From a bacterium (GTDB lineage Bacteria > Vulcanimicrobiota > Xenobia > Xenobiales > Xenobiaceae), in NCBI GenBank assembly GCA_017458675.1, contig JAFTAM010000176.1:2282-66281 (forward strand): DNA of 64,000 nucleotides, given 5' to 3'. This document shows positions 49,001 through 57,292 of this stretch, one piece after another. A program made the position numbers and the translations under genes. The notes under the pieces are model-generated. The model was not told the DNA's origin and ran no database searches. It saw only the letters and a list, made by a program, of their open reading frames with translations. Every line of letters begins with the position of its first letter. Within the stretch, counting starts at the first letter, position 1.

Positions 49001-52000
49001 TACCGCAGGGAAAAGGAAGAAGGAGCATCCCGCCTGTGTCTGGCCATAGCCAGCGACAGAAAAAACTCCGCTCCCCTCGCGGAATTCCAAAAACAGCTGG
49101 AAACAGCTCTGCAACATCTGCAGACCTCGCCCGAACAGGAACTGCGCCAGAATTCAATATTCTACAGCGCCGAGCCGCTGGCAAAATCCGGAAAAACAGC
49201 CTTTGTCTATCCCGGTTCAGGCGCAAATTTCTTAGGTTTGGGGCGCGAATTCGCTCTCAATTTCCTGCCTCTCATGCATCGCTTCGACCGCGAAAATCTG
49301 TATATGGCCGGCGAATTTGCCGCTAAATACAATCAGCCTCTGCGCCTGGACTGGTCTGAAGGCTGGCAGCAGAGAGCCGTACAGGAGCTGCAGGCCGACA
49401 CTCATCATATGATGTCCAGCCAGGTGAGCTTCGCCATGCTGACCACTGATATCGCGCGCTCTCTGGGTATAGAGCCGAACTGCGCCATAGGCTACAGCCT
49501 GGGCGAATCCTCGGCCCTCTTCTCTCTGCGGGCCTGGCCGGACCGCGATAAGATGTATCTGCGCATGGAGGGCTCCGATCTCTTCCGGGAGAAACTTTCC
49601 GGCAAATGCACGGCCGCCCGTCAGGCCTGGCACATTCCCGAAAACGCTCCCTTCAGTTGGAGCGCCGCCCTCTTGCCCGTACCGGCCGATAAGGTTAAAG
49701 AGGCGCTCAAGAATGTTAAAAACGCGCGTCTGCTGATTATCAATACCGACAAAGAGTGCGTAGTCGGCGGAACTCCCGAAGGCATTGACGAACTTTGCGC
49801 TCTGCTGCATACCAAAGCCATTAAAGTCAGCGGCGTAGATACCGTACACTGCGACTGTCTGGAGCCTGCGGCTGAAGAATATTGGCATATGCACCATCTG
49901 CCCTGCCAGCCTCTGCCCGGGGTTGAGTTCTACAGCGGCTGCAAAAACTGCGCATATCCTCTTACTTCAGAAAATATCGCCGACTCAATCGTCTCCCACG
50001 GACGGTACGGTTTTGATTATACAAAAACCATTCGCCGCGCCTGGGAGGACGGGGCCCGCATATTCCTTGAGATGGGACCGGGCTCTTCCTGCGCCCGCAT
50101 GATCCGCAGTATACTGCGCGGCAAACCACATTTTGCCATTAGCCTGAGCGGACGCGGCCAATCGGAGATGTTCTCCCTGGCCCAGTTCCTGGCAGGCGTT
50201 CTGAGCCAGGGGCTCCGTCCCGATCTCAGCCCGTTCTTCCCCTCGCTGCAGGCTGAAAAAGCAGAAAAGACGACGCCCACCCTGACCGTCCCGCTGAGCC
50301 GCCGTCCCTGCGATCCTCCGCTTCCCGCTTTTCCGAAAGCTTTATTCTCTGAAGGCACAAATACCGCTATGACCCAGAAAATTAAAACCGATTTGACGCT
50401 CGAATCCGAAACTGTCCCTGTCGAAACCGCAAAACCGGCCGAAGGCAGGACGCTCACAGAAATAACTGCGCTCAGCGCTGCCGAGGCAGCTTCAGTTCCG
50501 GACGCTCCGAAATGCGTCTGCGCCGATCCTCTGCAGAGTCTGCTTATGCAGCTGGCCCGAAATTCAAATTCAGCCCACCGGAAATGGCTTGAATTTGTCG
50601 GACAAAGCGCTAAAGTCTGGGAAAACCTTCTGGTCGGTCAAAGCAGCCTTATCTCCCAGGCCGCCGCCGGCAATCCGCAGCTGTTCAGGGAGCCGCTGAC
50701 AGTTGAAAAACCGTCGGAAGCCGCGCCTGTCTTATCCCCGGCGGCCCAATTTGCGCCTCATTCAGAAGATAAAGACCAAACTCACAAAGAGCACGGCTAC
50801 ACTCATAAGCTGCACGGCATCGAAACTACCGCCGACGGAGGCTATATCTGCGGCTTTAAGCCCAGCCTGGCCCCGCCCGATCAAAAGGTATTTTTAAACC
50901 GTCGGCAGTGTCTTGAATTTGCTACCGGCAAAATCGGCGACGTCTTGGGCGAACAGTTTGCTCCCATAGACAGCTATGCCGCCCGAGTGCGCCTTCCTGC
51001 CGAACCCTTGATGCTGGTAGACCGCATCGTTTCCATTGAAGGCGAACCTCTCAGCTTAGGCGCCGGACGCATAATTACCGAGCACGACGTCGTCCCCGAT
51101 ATGTGGTATCTCGACGGAAACCGCGCCCCGGTCTTTATTTCCGTGGAAGCCGGCCAGGCCGACCTGTTCCTGTGCAGCTGGCTGGGCATAGACTTCCAGG
51201 CCAAGGGCGACAGAGTATACCGGCTTTTGGACGCCAACGTCAAATTCCACCGCGGCCTGCCTCAGCCCAGCGAAACCGTACGCTACGATATCCGCATCAA
51301 GCGCTTTATCAACCAGGGAGAGACCTGGCTCTTCTTCTTTGAATACGAAGGAACTATCAACGGCGAGACCTTCCTGACCATGCGCGATGGCTGCGCCGGC
51401 TTCTTTACTCAGGAGGAGATCCGCAATAACGGCGGCCTGGTCATGACCGAAGCCAGCCTGCGCCCTCAAAAAGGCAAAAAAGGTCCGGAAGTCCAGGAAC
51501 TGACTCCTCTGAGCGCTTCCAGCTACACGCTGGAACAGGTCGAGGCTCTGCGCCGCGGCGATCTCGAGGGCTGCTTCGGCGCCGCCTTCGCCGGTCTGAA
51601 TCTGAAGAAGCCCGTAAGCCTGCCCGCCGGTCTGCTGCGCCTGATCCACCGCATCCCCGAATGCGACCCCTTCGGAGGACGCTGGGGCCTGGGCAAGGTG
51701 GTGGCCGAAGCCGACGTCCATCCCGAAGACTGGTATCTGACCTGCCACTTCATAGACGACATGGTCATGCCGGGAACCCTGATGTACGAATGCTGCGCTC
51801 ACGCTCTGCGCTTCCTATTAACCCGCTTTGGCTGGGTAGGCGAACAGGATAAAATTGCCTATGAACCGGTTCTGGGCGTCACCGCCGTACTCAAATGCCG
51901 CGGCCCGGTTCTGCAGACCACCAAGACCGTGCGCTACCAGGTTGAGATTAAGGAAATGGGCTACAACCCGGCGCCTTACGTCATTGCCGACGCTATCATG

Positions 52001-53380
52001 TACGCCGACAACAAGCGCATAGTGGGCTTTGAAAACGTTTCCATGCAGCTGACCGGCACAACCGGCGAAGAGCTGGAAAAGCTCTGGGCTGAGCGCAGCG
52101 CTTCTTCCCAAAACGCAGCTATTGAGCCGGGAAGCGCCTGCACTGACGACTGCGGCGACCCCAGAGCCGCCAATCCCGGCGATCTCAGCCATGCCGACGG
52201 CCGTTTAGGTCTGCTGCCCGCTTATAAAAATGTTACCATGAACGGCGATCCTCTCAAGGAAGCCATATTTACCGAGGAAAACTTCCGCCAATTTTCCGTA
52301 GGTCAGCCCAGTCTGGCCTTCGGCAAGGCTTTCAGGCCCTTCGACTCCCGATTTATAGCCCGCCTGCCGGGAGTGCCCTATCAGTTCGTAAACCGCATCG
52401 TGAGCGCCGATCATCCCTTCTTGGAGACCAAAGCCGGCGGCTGGGTAGAAGCGCAGTACGACGTACCGGCCAACGCCTGGTATTTTAAGGCCAACAAGAC
52501 CGGAGCCATGCCCTTCTGCGTAATAAATGAAATCGCGCTGCAGGTCTGCGGCTGGGTCTCCAGCTATGCCGGTTCTTCCCGCCACAGCTCGGATCCCTTA
52601 TATTACCGAAATTTGGGCGGAACCTCCGTGCTGCGCAGGGAAATTACTCCTCAAACCGGACGCATAACCATTAAGGTGCGCATGACTAAATCCTCGGAAG
52701 CAGGCGGACTGATCATTCAATCCTTTGATATGAAAATCGAGCAGAAGGGTGAAGTTATATATGAAGGCACGACCACCTTCGGCTTCTTCACTAAGCAGGC
52801 CCTTGCCGATCAGGTAGGCATCCGCGGCTGGAAGAGCAGAATTTGGCTGCCCGAGCAGGAAAATACGCCCGAAAGTCTGCCGATACAGCATCCCTTAAGC
52901 CCCTATGACGAAAATCTCGAGCAAAGCGGCAGCCTGGAACTTCCCGCCAAGGCTCTGCTGATGCTGGACAGCTTCGCCTGGTATCCTCAGGGCGGAAGCA
53001 AGGGACTGGGTGCGGCGGTAGGACGCAAAAAGATCGATCCCAAGGAATGGTTCTTCACCGCCCACTTCTTCCAGGATCCGGTCATGCCCGGCTCCTTAGG
53101 CTTAGAAGCCTTCCTGCAGGTACTTAAGGCAGCCGCCTTAAAACTGTGGCCCCACTTGCAGAAGACCCATCGCTTCAGCGCTATAACCGCCGGTTCTCCT
53201 CATACCTGGCTCTACCGGGGACAGGTTACCCGCGCCAATTCCTTTACAACCGCAAGAGCTGAGATAACCGAAATCCATGACGGTCCCGAGCCGTATCTGA
53301 AGGCCCGAGGCTTCCTGCAGGCCGATGATTTAACTATTTACGAGCTTCAGGATTTCGGCATAGCTCTGCTGAAAAGCTGA
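46052..53380 (+). CDS. pfaC: PfaC-like protein with integrated acyltransferase: KS-CLF-AT-DH(FabA-like)x2
   Basis: KS motifs LDAACASSLVAIEL, ECHGTGTPVGD, KSMLGHLLTA. A second KS-like domain lacks the active Cys (chain-length factor). AT motif AIGYSLGESSALFSL (~nt 49490). Two FabA-type hotdog pairs with CHFIDDMVMPG (~nt 51740) and AHFFQDPVMPG (~nt 53060). Ends ~110 aa after the last DH. Confidence 0.9.
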   Translation: MSDNHCDIAIVGMGLHFPGADSPEQYWKALQRGEDLARPMDEKRRKVSLNGLISPQTKADAMRCDRGYFLNALPTPQQLDLPEGTDPLFVLALSTAEQALKDAGKLPSEQTGVIMASIALPTDTTSALSESTLGRSFAESLQAKLPPDKASAVSPAELLPCEYTFLSSVSDSSEQVKALNNYPVGLPAQLIASRFSLGLGAYTLDAACASSLVAIELACRELRSGRAEAMLAGGLSRPDCLYTQMGFSALHALSPSGACSPFDKKADGLMVGEGCGLVVLKRLKDAERSGDKIYGVIKGTGLSNDIEGSLVAPANEGQIRCLRDAYQICGLKPWDIDFIECHGTGTPVGDSIEFKSLQTLWEGAPESSRCQLRSVKSMLGHLLTAAGSAGLIRVLLNLQKGQITPQVNFNEAGIPLKESHFEISNQSVSWPKKAEAPRRAAVSGFGFGGINAHLIIEEYLPQTACEVNSAADARATASSAPASAEESENGEEAAAIIGMACRLGQIGSIRELAGALLDGNFENAKISPEPSAQTCEKSRQGGAFLNKVDIPIGRFRIPPADLPSILPQQSLLLNTAAEAMLDAGQPLRLQRERAAAVIGINLDLNSTNFNLRWLLKDKAEIWAQNLGLDENEAKRWQEALKDEISEPLDAVKTIGALGSIAASRAAREFRFGGCSFTVSSQELSGFDALQIGAEALLNRRQDLILVGSIDLQGDPRLASCRLKDEPMPEKYGEGSCCLVLKRYSDAVKDGDHIYALIKGLAKAGAAAPEKDSYTALETALRQACEYSGTPAEDIAYLETVNGQYLSQGPQSACQTLRRVLDRGTKPLSAGSIEDYVGHNGANSFTASLIKTALCLDQELWPASRHFDRLCGDANDWRGSRFTVQKTSSFWFRNRAEGPRRALVCGRAYPGQYAAAVLEEHFSDAYRPLAAPQLQIGIWPFFGENAQAITAKLSAVLEKTKELQSLSASASEQSRLLRNLCLDNYRREKEEGASRLCLAIASDRKNSAPLAEFQKQLETALQHLQTSPEQELRQNSIFYSAEPLAKSGKTAFVYPGSGANFLGLGREFALNFLPLMHRFDRENLYMAGEFAAKYNQPLRLDWSEGWQQRAVQELQADTHHMMSSQVSFAMLTTDIARSLGIEPNCAIGYSLGESSALFSLRAWPDRDKMYLRMEGSDLFREKLSGKCTAARQAWHIPENAPFSWSAALLPVPADKVKEALKNVKNARLLIINTDKECVVGGTPEGIDELCALLHTKAIKVSGVDTVHCDCLEPAAEEYWHMHHLPCQPLPGVEFYSGCKNCAYPLTSENIADSIVSHGRYGFDYTKTIRRAWEDGARIFLEMGPGSSCARMIRSILRGKPHFAISLSGRGQSEMFSLAQFLAGVLSQGLRPDLSPFFPSLQAEKAEKTTPTLTVPLSRRPCDPPLPAFPKALFSEGTNTAMTQKIKTDLTLESETVPVETAKPAEGRTLTEITALSAAEAASVPDAPKCVCADPLQSLLMQLARNSNSAHRKWLEFVGQSAKVWENLLVGQSSLISQAAAGNPQLFREPLTVEKPSEAAPVLSPAAQFAPHSEDKDQTHKEHGYTHKLHGIETTADGGYICGFKPSLAPPDQKVFLNRRQCLEFATGKIGDVLGEQFAPIDSYAARVRLPAEPLMLVDRIVSIEGEPLSLGAGRIITEHDVVPDMWYLDGNRAPVFISVEAGQADLFLCSWLGIDFQAKGDRVYRLLDANVKFHRGLPQPSETVRYDIRIKRFINQGETWLFFFEYEGTINGETFLTMRDGCAGFFTQEEIRNNGGLVMTEASLRPQKGKKGPEVQELTPLSASSYTLEQVEALRRGDLEGCFGAAFAGLNLKKPVSLPAGLLRLIHRIPECDPFGGRWGLGKVVAEADVHPEDWYLTCHFIDDMVMPGTLMYECCAHALRFLLTRFGWVGEQDKIAYEPVLGVTAVLKCRGPVLQTTKTVRYQVEIKEMGYNPAPYVIADAIMYADNKRIVGFENVSMQLTGTTGEELEKLWAERSASSQNAAIEPGSACTDDCGDPRAANPGDLSHADGRLGLLPAYKNVTMNGDPLKEAIFTEENFRQFSVGQPSLAFGKAFRPFDSRFIARLPGVPYQFVNRIVSADHPFLETKAGGWVEAQYDVPANAWYFKANKTGAMPFCVINEIALQVCGWVSSYAGSSRHSSDPLYYRNLGGTSVLRREITPQTGRITIKVRMTKSSEAGGLIIQSFDMKIEQKGEVIYEGTTTFGFFTKQALADQVGIRGWKSRIWLPEQENTPESLPIQHPLSPYDENLEQSGSLELPAKALLMLDSFAWYPQGGSKGLGAAVGRKKIDPKEWFFTAHFFQDPVMPGSLGLEAFLQVLKAAALKLWPHLQKTHRFSAITAGSPHTWLYRGQVTRANSFTTARAEITEIHDGPEPYLKARGFLQADDLTIYELQDFGIALLKS

Positions 53381-53489
53381 ATTTGTTAAAATTTATTAAA
53401 TAATTGATTCAGAGTTTACATTTTTACAACACATAGACAGCGACATAATGCTATTATTAAAATGAAATATTTTATCGGAGGATAACAAG

Positions 53490-54374
53490 ATGTTTACTCC
53501 CGGTGTACCTTTCGGTCCCAACCCCTTCGGGGGTCCGTTAGGCATGGGCATGGGCGTAATAGGTCCTGCCGCTGTGCTGGCCCAGAGTTCGGCCATGACC
53601 GGAGCGGCAACCTTAGCCTATACCGTCGGCGCATTCAACACCGATATGCTGGGCGCCGCAATCTGCGCAGAAGCGCTGGGCGGTCCTCAGTTTGAATACG
53701 CCATGGGCGGTTATGCCGGCTCTATAGCCGGACAGGGAATCGGCGGTCTTTTAGGCATAGGCCTCGGTTCATATTTCGGCGGTCCGATGGGTATAATCGG
53801 CGGCGGAATGCTCGGCTCGATCTTAGGCGGAGGTATCGGCGGCGATTTGGCCAGAGATCTCTTTACTCCGGTTCCTTTCCCGCAGGACTCTTTCCCGCAG
53901 GACTCCTTCCCGCCCGGATCCTTCCCTCCGGGGTCTGTCCCGCCCGGGTCTTATCCGCATTACGGCAGCGGCCCGGTTTACACTCCAACTCCAACCCCTT
54001 CTCCCAGCACGGATACGGATAACACAAAAAAGGATAACGATTATCCTTATACTCCGCCCCCGCCGCCAGACTTTTACGGTCCCGGCCGCTTTGGCCACCA
54101 TCGCCGCCATCCCGGCGGTCCCTTCGGTCCGCGTCCGTTCCCCGGCGGTCCCTGGGGTCCCCGTCCCGGCGGACCTTACGGTCCCAGATATCCCGGCGGC
54201 TACGGCCCTCGTCCCTATCCGGGGACTAATCCCAGCACAAATCCGGGTTCTTATATTCCGCGTCCTCCTGTTCCTCCCGTGCCTCCGCGCCATAGCCGCG
54301 GTCCCGGCGGACCGGGCGGCCCCGACGGTCCTGACGGCCACGGTCCCAGACGCAGACGCGAGCTGCATTTCTAA
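53490..54374 (+). CDS. Glycine-zipper / Pro-Gly-rich small protein, paralog 1
   Basis: GGAGGATAACAAG RBS-leader. N-terminus MFTPGVPFGPNPFGGPLGMGMG. Gly-zipper hydrophobic segment GIGGLLGIGLGSYFGGPMGIIGGGMLGSILGGGIGG. C-terminal PGGPxGPRP repeats. Confidence 0.55.
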   Translation: MFTPGVPFGPNPFGGPLGMGMGVIGPAAVLAQSSAMTGAATLAYTVGAFNTDMLGAAICAEALGGPQFEYAMGGYAGSIAGQGIGGLLGIGLGSYFGGPMGIIGGGMLGSILGGGIGGDLARDLFTPVPFPQDSFPQDSFPPGSFPPGSVPPGSYPHYGSGPVYTPTPTPSPSTDTDNTKKDNDYPYTPPPPPDFYGPGRFGHHRRHPGGPFGPRPFPGGPWGPRPGGPYGPRYPGGYGPRPYPGTNPSTNPGSYIPRPPVPPVPPRHSRGPGGPGGPDGPDGHGPRRRRELHF

Positions 54375-54592
54375 GCCTTCTGATTTTAAACAAAGCAGGC
54401 TGAATTTCAGCCGCAAGTGTTTTTCTAAAAAAGCATCTTTATTCGCATAGGCAGAACGCCCTTAAAAAGCCGTATGCCCTGGATATGTGATAAATAGAAA
54501 GAATATTCAGTCCGACGCGCATATCTTTACGGCTGCTGCAGTAAGGAGCCTATCTGCCTCGGATAGAAAGATTATCTACGGAGGATAACAAA

Positions 54593-55372
54593 ATGTTTAT
54601 TCCCGGTGCACCTTTTGGTCCCAATCCGTTCGGCGGTCCGTTCGGCATGGGCATGGGTATGATGGGTCCTGGCCCGCTCATGGGCGCAGGAACCGCTTTA
54701 GCCGGAGCCGCTACCCTGGCTTACGGCGTAGGCGCTCTTAACACCGCTATGCTGGGCGCCACTCTCGGCGGCGGAATGATGGGCTGCCCCCAGATGTCCA
54801 ATGGCATGGGCGGCTTTGCAGGTTCTGTCGTCGGTCAGGGAATCGGCGGACTCTTAGGCATGGGCTTAGGCTCTTCTATCGGCGGCCCTATGGGAATGGT
54901 CGGCGGCGGAATGCTCGGCTCGATCTTAGGCGGAGGTATCGGCGCCAAGATCGGTAATGACATGCAGCAGGCCAGACAGGCTTATCAGCAGCCTCCACAG
55001 CCCGGCCCCGAACCCGGCCCGGTCAGAAGCGATGAAGCTTCCAGTACCGTAGGCGACGCTCTTAAAGGCGCGGCTATCGGAGGCGCAATCGGTTTAGGCG
55101 CCGCTGCCATAGCCAACTCAGCCAGCGCCAGCTTCTTCCCGCCTCCTCCTCCGCCTCCCGGCGGTCCCTTCGGCGGTCCTTTCGGTCCCGGTCCCCGACC
55201 CGGCGGCCCCTTCGGCGGTCCCTTCGGTCCCGGTCCCCGACCCGGCGGCCCCTTCGGCGGTCCCGGTCCCCGTCCCGGCGGTCCCTTCGGCGGTCCCCAT
55301 CCTCACCACGGTCCTCATCCCGGCGGTCCCTTCGGCCCCGGTCCTCACCGCGGTCCCGGTTTTCCATTTTAA
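54593..55372 (+). CDS. Glycine-zipper / Pro-Gly-rich small protein, paralog 2
   Basis: Identical GGAGGATAACAAA leader. N-terminus MFIPGAPFGPNPFGGPFGMGMG. Same Gly-zipper block. C-terminal (GGPFGGPFGPGPRP)n. Terminator follows. Confidence 0.55.
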   Translation: MFIPGAPFGPNPFGGPFGMGMGMMGPGPLMGAGTALAGAATLAYGVGALNTAMLGATLGGGMMGCPQMSNGMGGFAGSVVGQGIGGLLGMGLGSSIGGPMGMVGGGMLGSILGGGIGAKIGNDMQQARQAYQQPPQPGPEPGPVRSDEASSTVGDALKGAAIGGAIGLGAAAIANSASASFFPPPPPPPGGPFGGPFGPGPRPGGPFGGPFGPGPRPGGPFGGPGPRPGGPFGGPHPHHGPHPGGPFGPGPHRGPGFPF

Positions 55373-55394
55373 TAAATAGCTTTTGAACGTACAA

Positions 55395-55430
55395 GCGGCT
55401 TCTGCAGATTCGCAGAAAGCCGTTTTTTTA
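55395..55430 (+). terminator. Rho-independent terminator
   Basis: CGGCTTCTGC-loop-GCAGAAAGCCG followed by TTTTTTTATT, 20 nt after the 55372 stop. Confidence 0.65.
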
Positions 55431-55545
55431 TTGTTATTTGGCTAAACGCAGCGCCTCTCGGAGCCGGCCGGCTTACTGGCCTTAAACTTTATTTAATGAA
55501 GCTCGGGGGCGCGCCGAAGCAAAGAAGCAACGCCTATCGTCAATG

Positions 55546-55770
55546 TCGGTAAGCTAAACAAAAACTAGCTTTAAGCAGGCATGCTTAACAGAGGATTTGC
55601 CCTGCACAAAAGCGAGCGTCCGAGCCGAAGGCGCCGCGAAGCGAAATACAAATCAAAGCCGGCTCAGCGAAAACATACAGAACATGTTTGAAAGATTCTT
55701 CGCAGCGCTCTCAATGACAGAGTAAACGATTAAGAGTATAATTGTTCGCCTTATAAATACCGACCTGAGT
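55546..55770 (+). repeat. Dispersed intergenic repeat, copy B (more diverged)
   Basis: TCGGTAAGCTAAACAAAAACTAGCTTTAAGCAGG...GAAAGATTCTTCGCAGCGCTCTCAATGACAG...TTCGCCTTATAAATAC. Forms the left flank of the AT-rich island. Confidence 0.75.
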
Positions 55771-56926
55771 ACTTATACATGTCAGTTGAGGACAATAATT
55801 CTGTTCTATAATACAATAAATACAGAAATACTGTACAATAATTCAGCCGGTTTGCATTGCTGTAAGTATTATTGCACACAAAAAAATGAGGCTGGCAGCA
55901 ATCGGCACAGCCTCATATTACTCAAAATACATATTCAAATGCCGAAAATATTCAGAGTCCCTCCCGCTGCAGCATTTTGAATACATATTCTTAAAATTCC
56001 GTCAGATATCGCAGTCAACAAAATGAAGCTTATTATACTGCAATTCCAAGGTAAGGTCGTCATCTCTGATAATGCATAAGCTCTGTTTTCCCCGTATTAT
56101 GAGCTATGCACAGCAGAGACTACAAAAACGGTATTTCTGAAATATCTTCAGCATAATAACATACTCTTCCCCTAAGAGAGACAATAAAAGTATTATTGCC
56201 ATTATTTGCTGAAGAATTAGAAAAGAAACTCAGCCCGCCGCCATTATTGTTCTGCAATAATGCCCAGAAATAACTGATTGGAACAGATAATGACATAAAA
56301 GATACAGCATTTATTGCTAAACTGACAATAAAAACGGTTAAGGTATGACCTTCTTTTCAACACTAATTGATATCATCTCCATTTCGGATATGACTCATTG
56401 TTTGTTTTCATTCCTTTTCACTAAACTGACCTGTGAAATACTGTCAGCAATATTTCACCTATGACAGCTGCGTTTAATTATCCCCCACGACAGCTGGTCA
56501 CGTTGTCACAAAATCGGCCTTAAGAATGAAAACCCGTCTCAGAATTCGATAAAGCATCCCTATAGACAATCACAAATGATACTGATAATACAATAAAGAT
56601 AAACTCGTCAGGTAAAACTAATCTGTCGCGAACAATAATACACTCAGAACATCAAATAAGCCTTGCAATAACCTGTCAATACGCCTGATAACGACATTAT
56701 GACAATATAATGCTTCCATCTTCCCCACCCTCTTACTGGTCTGGACATCAATTAATTGCTGTCCTTTTGTAGTATTATAATACCACAGCAGACAATAATA
56801 ATCAACACCTATTTATATTATTGTATAACATTTTTGGTACTTTCTTCAGACCATGATCGAAGCGTGATAACATAATACTGACGCAGCTCCGCTATTTTAA
56901 ACCTGCCAGATAAAAGATACTCACTG
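55771..56926. other. AT-rich (about one-third GC) gene-less island flanked by direct copies of the dispersed repeat
   Basis: Sampled lines give ~30-35 percent GC against a ~58 percent background. No ORF of 60 aa or more except the weak 55786-55980. Contains hairpins and dyads (55886-55916; GTGAAATA-n9-TATTTCAC at 56436-56460; duplicated GACAGCTG at 56464-56498). Confidence 0.6.
55879..55916 (-). terminator. Orphan rho-independent terminator (minus strand) inside the AT-rich island
   Basis: Minus-strand reading shows ATGAGGCTG-loop13-CAGCCTCAT followed by TTTTTTT. No ORF of 60 aa or more on the minus strand upstream of it (55920-56900). Confidence 0.5.
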
Positions 56927-57179
56927 CCGGTAAGTTAAGAAAAACAGGCTTTAAGCATACACGCTTAATAAAGGTTTTCTTTGACGCGTACGCGGAGATT
57001 CGAGCACAGCTTCGCGCGGAGCGGCAGCGACAAAGAAAACCGGCATAACGAAAACATGCAGAACATGATTGAAAGATTCTTCGCTGCGCTCTCAATGATA
57101 AGGGAAACACTCTTAAGCATATACAGACAAGCTTTTATGCCATTTTCGGCAAAATCTTGCCTTAACTATATAACATTGG
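56927..57179 (+). repeat. Dispersed intergenic repeat, copy C
   Basis: CCGGTAAGTTAAGAAAAACAGGCTTTAAGCATAC...GAAAGATTCTTCGCTGCGCTCTCAATGATAAG...CTTGCCTTAACTATATAACATTGG. Forms the right flank of the island, ~115 nt upstream of the HAD gene start. Confidence 0.85.
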
Positions 57180-57292
57180 TCTTATGCGGCAAGTTATTTT
57201 TAGCCAAGCTAACATTTTCATCAGTTAAGTTTTCCATAAATACCGGATATGTAGTAAAATACATATCCATTTAAACGGAGCGGAAAAAAACA

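Noticed and set aside
55786-55980. 64-aa ORF in the AT-rich island
   Set aside because: No RBS. Composition is typical of random AT-rich sequence (Ile/Asn/Tyr/Leu-rich). It spans the minus-strand terminator hairpin. It is kept only as a remote possibility within the island finding.
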